Assembly: GCA_012295275.1 (NCBI GenBank) | Contig: CM022669.1 | Coordinates: 12,586,001 to 12,650,000 of the forward strand | Source of the DNA: Chrysomallon squamiferum | Taxonomy: Eukaryota; Animalia; Mollusca | DNA length: 64,000 nucleotides | Direction: 5' to 3' | Part shown: positions 39,111-52,975 of the stretch, piece by piece | How the letters are laid out: every line of letters begins with the position of its first letter | Numbering within the stretch: the stretch's first letter is position 1 | The notes under the pieces: model-generated | Databases searched by the model: none | Told to the model about the DNA's origin: nothing | Seen by the model: only the letters and a program-made list of their open reading frames with translations | Translations under genes and position numbers: made by a program

Positions 39111-40429
39111 CATGAGGGTCACGTGACCGTAATTTTTAAGAACGATAATCAAGGAAAGGCTCTCCAACTCTAATGTGAAAACAACACTTAGACCCAGTGG
39201 TGTGACAGAAGCTGGAGGTTTTGACTTTGACAAGTGTGCTAAAATTGACCCTGAACTATTTGTCCAAGCTGACGGTTTCAACAACGAATAGCGCACATGA
39301 AACGTTATCTGATGGAAGCACGAAAAAACTGGCTCATATCCACATCAAAGCTGACAGAGAAGACAATTCAAAATTGTTGTATAAAAAAAAAAAAAAAATC
39401 AATACCAATTTAACTCCTTACAATTCTGAACCTTTTAATTAATGACTTTTAAACCCTCTTTTGTGAGAAAACGTAATCAATCTTTTTCATGATATTTGTT
39501 TTATTATTATTATAATCTATGTGTAATATTCCCTGTTTCTAATTTTTGATTTAGGATAGACTGCCTTTATGTTTTGCGAATCTCCAAAGAATTCTTGCTA
39601 CAAATCAACAAGATCAGTTAATAAGTTAATATTAAAAAGGGTTGAAGTGTCAGCTGATTTTATTCGTTTTATTTATGCTAAGAAATTCGTCGTTGACTGT
39701 ATCTCAGAAAAACCCCAAAGAAGGATCATTTCACTTCAGATCACCCACTGGATGAAACCCCACCCCAACCCAACCCCACAGATTACCAAAGTTGAAATTG
39801 ACATATCTCTGAAACTTACTCCGCCCGTCGGTTCAACATACAGCTGTCCATTTATTTACACTTAATAAACAAATAATACAAATACATTCTATTCGACATT
39901 TTAGTTTATACATTATATTCTGGTCGATCTAGGAAAGCTTTTTCAGTATCAATGAGTGGTCGTGATTTGTCGAAATGACTCGTGGAAGCAGACTCTAAAC
40001 AACAAGAAAAAAATAACAACATCAGATGGAGAACTTGTCTGATATTTCCATTTTCCACTGATTTTGCATATATATTTGGTCCAAAATTTATGATAACATT
40101 TGTAACAATAACAGCAATAGCCGCAGCAACAAGAACGGACAGAAAACCTGTTTGATAACTGAGTTTCTCCATTTTCATTAAGGACCACTAAGGAACATTT
40201 CTTAAACTTGAATCCTGAGACTAATTTCGATATAAATTTGGTTTGCCTTAGCAAAAAAAACAACAACAACAACGGAAACCGCTGCACAGTTACCGCCGCC
40301 GACAAGAGAAACAGAACCGTTTCAGTTTAGATTTTCAGTTATTCTTCGTTCCTAACTATTACTGAATTTATTACTGCATATAGTGACTAATAATTATAAA
40401 TAAAAATATTTATATTCTACACTGGAAAT

Positions 40430-40637
40430 ATGACTGAGTTATCCGTTCATGCTGACATTAGGACTGCTGGGTAACACTTTAGCGTTCATTGTTTTGTCAT
40501 GATCATCATCAATGCGAGAAACGACAATGTCGCTGTATTTGAGGTGTCTGGCTGTCTTCGACAGTCTCGTTCTCTGTACTGGCTTGTTAAGACGCTGGTT
40601 AAAATATCTACTTAACTACGACATCAGAGCATACGGT
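40430..40637 (+). pseudogene. Subtype-A GPCR remnant (TM1-TM2 only)
   Basis: ATGACTGAGTTATCCGTTCATG with the 50-bp N-terminal deletion, TGA at the SW codon (40500), truncated after YDIRAY by a jump into spacer sequence. Confidence 0.88.
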
Positions 40638-42329
40638 GTAACTTTTTATTATCTACAAATCAGTGTAAACTAGACATGCTATTTCACATATTAAACATAT
40701 ATAGGTATCTAAGTGTTAACATCAGACTGATACGCATATATTCATTGTGATATAGAAATACTCGACTTTCAAGGGTTATTGTTTATCATCTGTGGATTTT
40801 TTGTATTCTCCTTTAATTAGTAAACATATGTTCTAGACCTTGATGAAACTTTATTATTAATATATAAATATTTTCAAAGCAAATATCAGAATAGGCTGAA
40901 ATATAAATAATTCTAGAGATGAAGAAGATGATTATTAATATCATTTCCAGAAGACGACATTCGGTTTACGTACAAGTATTAAAATATTAGCTCACATTTG
41001 TTGATATACTCAAATGGAAAAAGAGTGTTAATAATGAAATGTGCATAATCTTATTGTTGTCTACTGTATCAGTGTTTATTTATTTAAACTAATCGAAATC
41101 GTGTATACAGTTTGTTTTCAATATATATTTTAGTCGTAAAAAAGCCAACGTAATTATTTAATAAGTTTTAATATCTTCCAAATAAAATTAAAAAAAACAA
41201 AAAATCAAATGAAAGTAATGATGATAATAGTTATAAAATATTGGATAATGAACTGCATGGAAGATGAATATTTACAGTTTTAATAACTATTTCTTCGGAC
41301 TAAATATAAATTTTGACTTACATCAGAAAGAAAAAAAAATAATCAAAATAAAATAAAAAAATTCAAAGGAAACAAATATTCCTAATTAAAATTATTAATT
41401 TGTGAGTGAAAACAGTTTAGTCCAAAAATAAAATTGTTAACAGAGACCAAAAGACAAGGACTTTTATTTTTTCTGTCTTGAACAGAAGGCACTAATGTAA
41501 AAGATTAAAATTCTTGAAGAGTGTCATTTTTTCATTTACTATACTTTTTTCCTTTTAATTGATTTCGAACTTCTAACAATCAGAGACTCAAGGTCATAAT
41601 TAATAGAATCTGGATATTAAAGAAACTTTCTGTTAACTCGTCAACTAATGTCGGTTGTTTAGATTTAAAAAATAAAAAATAAATATAAAATAAAACATTA
41701 TTTATCATGAAACAGGTATGAGAAAAAAATGTCGGTGTCCAGGGCTAATGAGACTAAAAAGCTGAAATTTAACAGCATGTTTGCAGGAGAAACAAAAATG
41801 TGATTTCTTGTTTCTGTATTCAGTGAAATGAGAATGTCACTGAAATTTTACTGCCGATAAAAAATCTTACGCTTTTTATTATTTTTTGAAAGTAGTTTAT
41901 TAGCGTTAATGTGTTTATAAGAGTATGGAATTAATTATGATGCTTATATACAAAATACATAACTATGTTCCAACTATATTCAAATGTCAGAGGAGTTTTT
42001 TTGATGTCATCACTTAGTTTGTTTCGATTGCTGCCATCCGTTATAAATTAAAATAAAAAAATACTAAAAAAAAAAAAAAAAAAAATAACAATAATAATAA
42101 TAATTTTAAATTTGTTATTTTATTATTATTTTTTATACTATTCTAGAAGCCCGAGACTCTTTTATATTATGAATATGTAGGCTATAGACAGAACAGCCCA
42201 CTTACAAATCCATCACTCTTTATTGCAGTAGCAATAATAAAAAAAAAAAACAATAACAAAAAATAAATAAAAAATAAATCGACAAAACGACCATTAAGAT
42301 AACAACTGCAAAATAAATAAACCCAACAG

Positions 42330-42406
42330 TAACACGTTGTCACGGTGTCAACATCGTTACTATAACGGAGATGTACATCTACCAAAATGGAGAGAGAGGC
42401 TCAATA

Positions 42407-42465
<59 letters not shown>

Positions 42466-42606
42466 CACCAGCGGCATTGATGACAGCAATACATCGTCGT
42501 GTCATGATTCTAATGAGAACATTAATCTATCTTATCTTGGAGTAGATAATCGTGGTCTATCAGTACGTGGTCGATCTCGCACTTCCCCTGTTTGATGTTC
42601 GCGTTA
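42330..42606 (-). mobile_element. Old Tc1/mariner transposase relic (unit copy) with expanded (GT)n
   Basis: Homologous to 18208-18438 and 59817-60063. Confidence 0.7.
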
Positions 42607-44419
42607 TAGATATATATATCTAAATCTAATGGCCGAAGTAATTGTTATTCTTATTATATATTGATCAGAACTCAATATTTTATTTTTTATAATTTTTTTG
42701 TAGAATGTTTGAAGCAGAATAAAAATCACGATAAATGAGAAATTAAGGGGAAAATCACAACAACAAAAAGAAGAAAAAGAAATAGAAGAAAAAGAAGAAG
42801 AAGAAGAACAAAATACAATGATAACAGTCTGGGTTATTTTATTAAATACATTTTATTACTAGCTAAAACAGGTATCCGTAAAAAAAAAAAAAAAAAATAA
42901 AAAAAAAAAAAAAAAAAAAAAAAGCCAGCAATAACTTGGTACTAATATAGTACATATATGAAAGACAAACATAAATAAAGAAGTGCTTTTGTTTGATTAT
43001 TTTTTATTTACCATGAGTAATATATTAATAATTACATCTACAAACATAATCTTTAGAAGTTAATACAATGTACCTGTGTTTGATTGTTCAGTAACAAAAA
43101 CTGTCCAATTTAAGTAATAGGTTCAGGGACACTAAACACAAATATCCAACATTATTATCATTTGAATATACTAAGAAATAGAAATAGATGTATACAAATA
43201 TATTTTTATATTAAATAATTATATAAGACATATTTTATTGAAAATCTAAAAACAATAATTAGATGTATTATTGTCTTAAGTCATTTGATACAATATGCTA
43301 GTAATGCGTATTTCAGTAAAATAATTAAAAACGTCTGAACATAACTATTGATCTTGTTGTCTGGATGCTGAAACTATGAGCTTATTTTGCTTTTGTTAAT
43401 ATAGACAGGAGAGACAACACTAGGCAATATTCAGTTTGTCTATAACATTAGATTTTGTCTCCCTTCGTTCGCAGAAAAACATATTTTATTTAAAACGTCT
43501 GACATTTTAATATATAGTTACATACAGGAAAGCAGCTATCGAAAAGCAATTTTCTGATATTTTTGAATAACTTGTACGCAAGAAGAATATTTTTAAATCA
43601 ATTGTGAATTGGAAAGATTTTGCGATCTAGTTTTTTTCATTTGCAATATCGAGAATGGAACCTTCATCATAAGGTAGTTTCTTTTAGTTTTTTATTTGTT
43701 TATATGTATGTATATATGACGACAGACCGATTTTTGTCTCACCTAGTTGGACCTTAACCAGAGAAAATTGGTACTAACTTCCTTATTAAAGCACGGATGT
43801 CATTTCAGGTTATATCTGCTTCTTGAATTCGCTGGTAAATATATATATAAATATATATTTTTTACTTATTATGATATTTTGTATTGTTGTGCAGTTAAGG
43901 TACACTTCTCGAAAATGTCGGTAACATACTGATTATTTATACAGACAAAATAGAAGTCCGAGATATACTCATTATAATATAGACCGGTGTGTTTTGAAAA
44001 AGAGAAGACACTGAGGGAAAACTTGGGACTGTGGAGTTGACGGCCATTATTAGGGGACTGTTTTGGTAACTATATTTTACGTTATATTTGTTTAAGTCTG
44101 AAGCAGTAAGTAATAAATTGTTAAAAACACTTTGGATTGTTGTGCGTTCCGATGAAAACAATATTAACTAGAAGAAAACCTGAAACTAAAACAATAATTT
44201 AATTACGCCGTATTTCTAAATTCTTTGTTTATTACATAAAAACAGCCTAATTACCATATTACTCAGAAATTAATCATTTTTATTATGAGTGTTATTTCTG
44301 CTTTAAGTTTTGTTTCTAAAATGAGGTAAAATTTATCTTTTTCTAATGATATAATATTTTAGCTTGGTGCTTCTTAAAATTGTTTAAATATGTATGTGTA
44401 CTTTTAACATGTGTGTGTG

Positions 44420-44474
<55 letters not shown>

Positions 44475-45079
44475 CTAATGTTTTCTACCGTCTTACGTAA
44501 GCAATATTAATTAATTCGATTCTGGTATTTACATCCAGGCTTGTAGTGTAAGTCAGCTATGGACAGGTGAAAAATAAAATAACTTTGTATGTAGTTCATC
44601 TCTTTGTATACAAATCAAGTAAGTTAGATCACACTTTTACTTATAAAAGACATGTAACTCCTTAGCATACATATATGACCGAAAACGTGATAAAATACAT
44701 AGTAATTAAAAAAAATCAAAACAAAGCAAAATAATAACAACCTGCCCCCCAAAAAATAAAATAAAAATAAAAACGCACCCCTTCGAAAAATAAAAAAAAC
44801 CCAATAACAACATTTTTGCTGTAGCGGAGAATATACTAAATATAATAAGCAAGCCAGCAGAATAACAAATAAAATTAAAAAGGTATGTTATGATCTCAAA
44901 AACTGTTCAAAATAAACAAACGAACAACCACTAACAACAAGTATCTGGGTTTTTAGTGGACACTGATTTAATACAAAAATTTGACTACGTAACATGATCG
45001 TAAAAAGGTCAAGACTAAATTTGTACATTTCCATCCAAGAATATATCAAACTGGATAATTCAGAAATCGTCTATTGCTA

Positions 45080-45114
<35 letters not shown>

Positions 45115-45882
45115 TTATTATTATTATTTCAATAACAAGATTATCAATATAGCAAATAACGAATAACATACAATGATTTTTTTGTTTATTTTGACGACTT
45201 TATTTAATTAAAACAGTTGATTTGCAACGACACGTCTGTGAAAAGCTATTTAAAAACACTGAATGCCTAGACGCTTAGGATTGGTGAAAAGAAAATAAGA
45301 AAGATTTGTAAATCGTTTATGTTACATTCTAATTTACAGCCACGTCATAAATTACTCGGAATAAATATTAATTTTAGATGCATATGTTGCTCCAAATGAA
45401 AAAATCACATTAAATAAAAAAAAATATATAAATAATAAATAAAAAAATAATAACAACAGCATTAGTGTATAATAAATAAATAAATACCTAAAGGAAATAA
45501 TATTAACAATAACACGTAGCAGACCGATACACTAAAATTTTTATCAGGTAAACAATCTTTGAATAATTTCGACATTTAGGATGTTCTATGAAATATGTCA
45601 TCTAGACCATCAGTAAAAGAAAAACTTCGAAATGAGAAATTGAGAAACAGAAAGTGTTGGACAAGAAGTATATATTAAAAAACACTATATCATTTCTCGT
45701 CATCGAGAGCAATTATAATAAACAGAAAATCTGAAAAATCACTATCTGTAAGTTATTTACATGAAGTTAACGCAGTGACTTTATGTTTTTTCTTTGAAAG
45801 GTCCATCGTCAGTATTAGTAAAGAGGTTATAAATATTCTAATAATGATTAATAAAAGACAGACAATTAAGTGAAGGTTTATA
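42607..45882 (+). repeat. Recent segmental duplication block
   Basis: Near-identical to 46672-49920 and 32750-36033. Confidence 0.92.
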
Positions 45883-46471
45883 TTACACAGTATGATTCTG
45901 CGTCATTGGCACACTGTAGATCTCAGAACGTCTCCGCTTACGACTACAAAACAAAGTCCTCATTTCTTGTCGAAATCGTTGTCCAGTACTGCAGTATAAC
46001 ACAAAATTGATACAGTTGTTTGTGTACATCAACATATTGACCAGACACCATCTAATATTTTTTAGTGCCTCGTCCCGAACATTTTCGAATTCTTTTTCAA
46101 AAATATTGATATATATGAATGTTACACAAACAGGAGTTGTACAAATTATGTACGTCGCACTTACTAAAAGCAGCATGAATGTGATGGATGAGTTCTGATT
46201 TCGTCGAACTGATGCAGATCTGTTCTGAATATTGTTTCCGTTGTACGTGTCATTCTGCAAAATCTGTCGATTACCAGAAACAATTTTATATATGATTAAA
46301 ATGTTACATACTGTAAGAATAAAGGAAGGAAAGACATTATAGACACAAAAATCTATCCATTGCCAAACAGTAATTTCAAATTCGTAGTACTCGTCTGTAA
46401 GATAATCACAATGAAGAATATATGTCTCATTTCCTTCGGTTTCTTCAAAGTCGCCAAGTCCAAAATGTAAT
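45883..46471 (-). CDS. Subtype-A GPCR copy 4, partial (ECL2 to C-terminus); 5' part lost in the assembly gap
   Basis: Open frame FGLGDFEETEGNETYILHCD...NNCINFVLYC...NHTV*; the N-terminal residues in the ORF track come from across the gap and are not part of the gene. Confidence 0.85.
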
Positions 46472-46671
46472 NNNNNNNNNNNNNNNNNNNNNNNNNNNNN
46501 NNNNNNNNNNNNNNNNNNNNNNNNNNNNNNNNNNNNNNNNNNNNNNNNNNNNNNNNNNNNNNNNNNNNNNNNNNNNNNNNNNNNNNNNNNNNNNNNNNNN
46601 NNNNNNNNNNNNNNNNNNNNNNNNNNNNNNNNNNNNNNNNNNNNNNNNNNNNNNNNNNNNNNNNNNNNNNN
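46472..46671. other. Assembly gap (200 N)
   Basis: Run of exactly 200 n; a round placeholder length. Confidence 0.99.
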
Positions 46672-48462
46672 TAGATATATATATCTAAATGTAATGGCCG
46701 AAGTAATTGTTATTCTTATTATATATTGATCAGAACTCAATATTTTATTTTTTTAATTTTTTTTGTAGAATGTTTGAAGCAGAATAAAAATCACGATAAA
46801 TGAGAAATTAAGGGGAAAATCACAACAACAAAAAGAAGAAAAAGAAATAGAAGAAAAAGAAGAAGAAGAAGAACAAAATACAATGATAACAGTCTGGGTT
46901 ATTTTATTAAATACATTTTATTACTAGCTAAAACAGGTTTCCGTAAAAAAAAAAAATAAAAAAACGAAAAAAAAAAAAAAAAAGCCAGCAATAACTTGGT
47001 ACTAATATAGTACATATATGAAAGACAAACATAAATAAAGAAGTGCTTTTGTTTGATTATTTTTTATTTACCATGAGTAATATATTAATAATTACATCTA
47101 CAAACATAATCTTTAGAAGTTAATACAATGTACCTGTGTTTGATTGTTCAGTAACAAAAACTGTCCAATTTAAGTAATAGGTTCAGGGACACTAAACACA
47201 AATATCCAACATTATTATCATTTGAATATACTAAGAAATAGAAATAGATGTATACAAATATATTTTTATATTAAATAATTATATAAGACATATTTTATTG
47301 AAAATCTAAAAACAATAATTAGATGTATTATTGTCTTAAGTCATTTGATACAATATGCTAGTAATGCGTATTTCAGTAAAATAATTAAAAACGTCTGAAC
47401 ATAACTATTGATCTTGTTGTCTGGATGCTGAAACTATGAGCTTATTTTGCTTTTGTTAATATAGACAGGAGAGACAACACTAGGCAATATTCAGTTTGTC
47501 TATAACATTAGATTTTGTCTCCCTTCGTTCGCAGAAAAACATATTTTATTTAAAACGTCTGACATTTTAATATATAGTTACATACAGGAAAGCAGCTATC
47601 GAAAAGGAATTTTCTGATATTTTTGAATAACTTGTACGCAAGAAGAATATTTTTAAATCAATTGTGAATTGGAAAGATTTTGCGATCTAGTTTTTTTCAT
47701 TTGCAATATCGAGAATGGAACCTTCATCATAAGGTAGTTTCTTTTAGTTTTTTTTATTTGTTTATATATATGTATATATGATGACAGACCGATTTTTGTC
47801 TCACCTAGTTGGGCCCTTAACCAGAGAAAATTGGTACTAACTTCCTTATTAAAGCACGGATGTCATTTCAGGTTATATCTGTTTCTTGAATTAGCGGGTA
47901 GATATATATATATTTTTTTACTTATTGTGATATTTTGTATTGTTGTGTAGTTAAGGTACACTTCTCGAAAATGTCGGTAACATACTGATTATTCATACAG
48001 ACAAAATAGAAGTCCGAGATATACTCATTATAATATAGACCGGTGTGTTTTGAAAAAGAGAAGACACTGAGGGAAAACTTGGGACTGTGGAGTTGATAGC
48101 CATTATTAGGGGACTGTTTTGGTAACTATTTTACATTATATTTTGTTTAAGTCTGAAGCAGTAAGTAATAAATTGTTAAAAACACTTTGGATTGTTGTGC
48201 GTTCCGATGAAAACAATATTAACTAGAAGAAAAACTGAAACTAAAACAATAATTTAATTACGCCGTATTTCTAAAATTCTTTGTTTATTACATAAAAACA
48301 GCCTAATTACCATATTACTCAGAAATTAATCATTTTTATTATGAGTGTTATTTCTGCTTTAAGTTTTGTTTCTAAAATGAGGTAAAATTTATCTTTTTCT
48401 AATGATATAATATTTTAGCTTGGTGCTTCTTAAAATTGTTTAAATATTTATGTGTACTTTTA

Positions 48463-48503
<41 letters not shown>

Positions 48504-49113
48504 TGTATATCTAATGTTTTCTACCGTCTTACGTAAGCAATATTAATTAATTCGATTCTGGTATTTACATCAAGGCTTGTAGTGTAAGTCAGCTATGGAC
48601 AGGTGAAAATAAAATAACTTTGTATGTAGTTCATCTCTTTGTATACAAATCAAGTAAGTTAGATCACACTTTTACTTATAAAAGACATGTAACTCCTTAG
48701 CATACATATATGACCGAAAACGTGATAAAATACATAGTAATTAAAAAAAATCAAAACAAAGCAAAATAATAACAACCTGCCCCCAAAAAATAAAATAAAA
48801 ATAAAAACGCACCCCTTCGAAAAATAAAAAAAAACCAATAACAACATTTTTGCTGTAGCGGAGAATATACTAAATATAATAAGCAAGCCAGCAGAATAAC
48901 AAATAAAATTAAAAAGGTATGTTATGATCTCAAAAACTGTTCAAAATAAACAAACGAACAACCACTAACAACAAGTATCTGGGTTTTTAGTGGACACTGA
49001 CTTAATACAAAAATTTGACTACGTAACATGATCGTAAAAAGGTCAAGACTAAATTTGTACATTTCCATCCAAGAATATATCAAACTGGATAATTCAATAA
49101 TCGTCTATTGCTA

Positions 49114-49151
<38 letters not shown>

Positions 49152-49920
49152 TTATTATTATTATTTCAATAACAAGATTATCAATATAGCAAATAACGAA
49201 TAACATACAATGATTTTTTTGTTTATTTTGACGACTTTATTTAATTAAAACAGTTGATTTGCAACGACACGTCTGTGAAAAGCTATTTAAAAACACTGAA
49301 TGCCTAGACGCTTAGGATTGGTGAAAAGAAAATAAGAAAGATTTGTAAATCGTTTATGTTACATTCTACTTTACAGCCAGGTCATAAATTACTCGGAATA
49401 AATATTAATTTTAGATGCATATGTTGCTCAAAATGAAAAAATCACATTAAATTAAAAAAAATATATAAATAATAAATAAAAAAATATTAACAACAGCATT
49501 AGTGTATAATAAATAAATAAATACCTAAAGGAAATAATATTAACAATAACACGTAGCAGACCGATACACTCAAATTTGTATCAGGTAAACAATCTTTGAA
49601 TAATTTCGACATTTAGGATGTTCTATGAAATATGTCATCTAGACCATCAGTAAAAGAAAAACTTCGAAGTGAGAAATTGAGAAACAGAAAGTATTGGAGA
49701 AGAAGTATACGTTAAACAACACTATATCATTTCTCGTCATCGAGAGCAATTATAATAAACAGAAAATCTGAAAAAATCACTATCTGTAAGTTATTTACAT
49801 GAAGTTAACGCAGTGACTTTATGTTTTTTCTTTGAAACGTCCATCGTCAGTATTAGTAAAGAGGTTATAAATATTCTAATAATGATTAATAAAAGACAGA
49901 CAATTAAGTGAAGGTTTATA
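46672..49920 (+). repeat. Recent segmental duplication block
   Basis: Restarts at TAGATATATATATCTAAAT, matching about 42607 onward. Confidence 0.92.
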
Positions 49921-50961
49921 TTACAAAGTATGACTCTGGGTCACCGGCACACTGTAGATCTCAGAACGTCTCCGCTTACGACTACAAAACAAAGTCCTCA
50001 GTTCTTGTCGAAATCGTTGTCCAGTACTGCAGTATAACACGAAATTGATACAGTTGTTTGAGTACATCAAAATACTGGCCAAGGACCAACTAAATTCGTC
50101 AAGTGCCTCGTCCCGAACATTTTCGAAATATTTTTTAAAAATATTGCCATATATGACTATTATACAAATAGGAGTTGTACAAATTACGTACGTCGAACTT
50201 ACGAGAAGCAACATGAATGTGATTGATGAGTTCTGATTTCGTCGAACTGATGCAGATCTGTTCTGAACGTTGGTTCCATTGGACGTGTCATTCTGCAAAA
50301 TCTGTCGATTTCCAGAAACAATTTTGTATATGATTAAAATGTTACATACGATGAGAATGAACGAAGGTAAGAAACTATATACAGGAAAATCTATCCACGG
50401 CCAAACTGTGATTTCAAATTCGTAGTACTCGTCTGTAAGATAATCACAATAATATATATATGTCTCATTTCCGTCGGTTTCTTCAAAGTCGCCAAGTCCA
50501 AAAATGTAATGTCCTGGCAAAACGGCCATTATTAAAATTATGGACACAATTATAGCAATAGTTACAGGCTTTGTACATATCATTCTTACTTTATGTGGAA
50601 ACCAGACAGACAAACATCTTTCCAACGTCACCGCCACCAACATCCACGCTGACGTGTACGCCGTCGAACAGATCGCCCATGTCAGCAGCTTGCATGCAGT
50701 CGGGCTGTATGATGTGATGTCGTAATTAACTAGATATTTTAACCAGAGTTTTAACAAGCCAGTACAGAGAACGAGACTGTCGAAGACAGCCAGACATCTC
50801 AAATACAGCGACATTGTCGTTTTGCGCATTGATGATGACCATGACAAAACAATGAACGCTAAAGTGTTACCCACCAGTCCTAGTGTCAGCATGAACGGCG
50901 GAACGTATTTCCAAATAGCGACAGCAGCTTTGTATTCAGGATAATCGGATAACTCAGACAT
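49921..50961 (-). CDS. Intronless class A GPCR, subtype A copy 5 (346 aa, intact)
   Basis: Full ORF; nearly identical to copy 3 except ECL3/TM7 and the tail. Confidence 0.93.
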   Translation of the reverse strand: MSELSDYPEYKAAVAIWKYVPPFMLTLGLVGNTLAFIVLSWSSSMRKTTMSLYLRCLAVFDSLVLCTGLLKLWLKYLVNYDITSYSPTACKLLTWAICSTAYTSAWMLVAVTLERCLSVWFPHKVRMICTKPVTIAIIVSIILIMAVLPGHYIFGLGDFEETDGNETYIYYCDYLTDEYYEFEITVWPWIDFPVYSFLPSFILIVCNILIIYKIVSGNRQILQNDTSNGTNVQNRSASVRRNQNSSITFMLLLVSSTYVICTTPICIIVIYGNIFKKYFENVRDEALDEFSWSLASILMYSNNCINFVLYCSTGQRFRQELRTLFCSRKRRRSEIYSVPVTQSHTL

Positions 50962-51548
50962 GGTTCTTTAATCAAAGTATTGGTAATTGGTAATTCTTTC
51001 CAGTTTAAGGAATTCAGTCCAAAAATCTAAATTCACACCATTCTATTTCGTTGGAGGTTATTGTGCAGCGCTTGTTGTTGTTGTTCTTGTTAATGTCAAC
51101 CAAACGTATATCGAAATTACTGTATCTGTTATGTAGTTTAAAACATATCCTTTTGTCGTCCTTAAGAAGTATCAAACAGTTTTCCTATCCGTTCTTCTTG
51201 CTGGGGCTGCTGATGTTGTTACAAATACATATCAAAATTCTCGCTCTGTTGTTGTTGTTCTTACTGTCAAATCTCAAATTAATATTTACAGATCACAACA
51301 GCGTGTTTTATAGTATTAGAAACATTAGAAATGGACGAGAAGAACAATGCAAACATTTCAAATGTCGAATAGAAACTGTTTTTCTCATCGGTTCGTTAAG
51401 TTTAACCAATAGGAGTGCACTGTATTGATTTAATGGGCGGAGCAGTTTTACGTATTATAGGTGACCCGTAAATACGTAAATATAAATATATATATAGAGA
51501 GATATAGATATATGCACACACACACATACAGACACACACATATCTCTC

Positions 51549-51550
51549 TA

Positions 51551-51645
<95 letters not shown>
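51549..51645. repeat. (GTCT)n(ATCT)n microsatellite
   Basis: Direct read; much shorter at the paralogous site near 37675. Confidence 0.96.
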
Positions 51646-51930
51646 GTGTGTTTAGAATCTACAAAGATAAGGTTAAGTCTTATTGATAAAATGTGTGTAT
51701 ATATATATATATATATATGCATATAATTTGAAACATATTTGCACAACTTTTTTAAGCAAATATTTCGTTACGTGGATAATTTACGTTTATTTTGTTAATC
51801 TTAAAACTGTATCACTTTAAAGTGTTATTAATTGAACGGATAGAGATTAATTTATAAAGGAAATTATGTTTTGTATTCCAGAGAGTGTTACGGTATTGAT
51901 TTTATTCTTCGATGCAAATAACTATCTGCA

Positions 51931-52347
51931 CTATCTAATCAGAGTAGAAGTATAAGGTGTGAAAATGTGAGGTAATATCTTTAAATACGTTTGGGAGTAT
52001 GCCTGTGTGCATGCGTGGGTGCGTCGTTTCATACGTGTGCTTATGTTCTGAATGGTGTTTCTGCTGGACTTGTCATTTTTCAGGACCTGTCGATTACTGG
52101 AAACAATGTCATGATCTACTAGTCGTACTAACCAAAGTCTAAGCAAACCGGTACAGAGAACCAAACTATCAAAGACTGCCAGGAATCTCAGATATAACGA
52201 CGTTGATGTGTGCTTCATCGACGACTTCATCAAAACAAGGAAAACCAGAATATAATCTACAAGACCGATGCCAATGAGAAACGGAGGCCCATATTTAAAG
52301 AAATTAAGTGAAATTTCATGTTCCTCATAGTCAGTGGAATCTGCCAT
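51931..52347 (-). pseudogene. Subtype-B GPCR pseudogene with in-frame TM3-TM5 deletion (open 138-aa frame)
   Basis: TM1 and TM2 intact, DHDIV joined to SSNRQVLKND, then reads into the non-coding tail. Confidence 0.85.
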
Positions 52348-52875
52348 GGTCTTTTTGATTTGAAATCAATATAAACCTCACAGAAAGTACTGGAATACCT
52401 TTTGTACGTTTGTGTTTGTGTGTGTATGTGTGTGCGTGTGTGTCGTCGTTGTGTGTGTGTGTGAGTGTATATATATATATATATATATTAAGAATAAAAG
52501 AAAATAGTATATATTAAGAATAAAATAAATAGTATATATATATATTATGAGACTCATATTACTTTTAATAAGTATGACTTTGTTTTTCTGTTTATTTTAT
52601 TCTTTACCTACTTTGTAAAGTTATTGTAGTCATTGTATGGCGTTATTTGGAATATATAGTAAAGGATAGTTTTTTGGAATCCAATATGTTTGTCTCAGTT
52701 TGTATAGTTATTTGTTTATTACTATTGTTTAACTGTCATCTTTATTCATAGTAAAATAGTTTCTAATATTGAAATCAACTATTTCTAATTTATGTATCGA
52801 AAAGACGATCAACCAATATATCATACACTAATGCGATATTCCTTGTATTTTCTAAAGGCAAAAATCGCTAATTAT

Positions 52876-52975
<100 letters not shown>

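Noticed and set aside
39569-39865. Duplicated 98-aa ORF (also 54908-55204)
   Set aside because: Spans the downstream part of the captured fragment and the insertion junction; no recognisable domain; identity explained by recent duplication.
46672-46740. N-terminus MSSDQYIIRI... of the 285-aa ORF
   Set aside because: Artefact of translating through the N gap; it is non-coding spacer.
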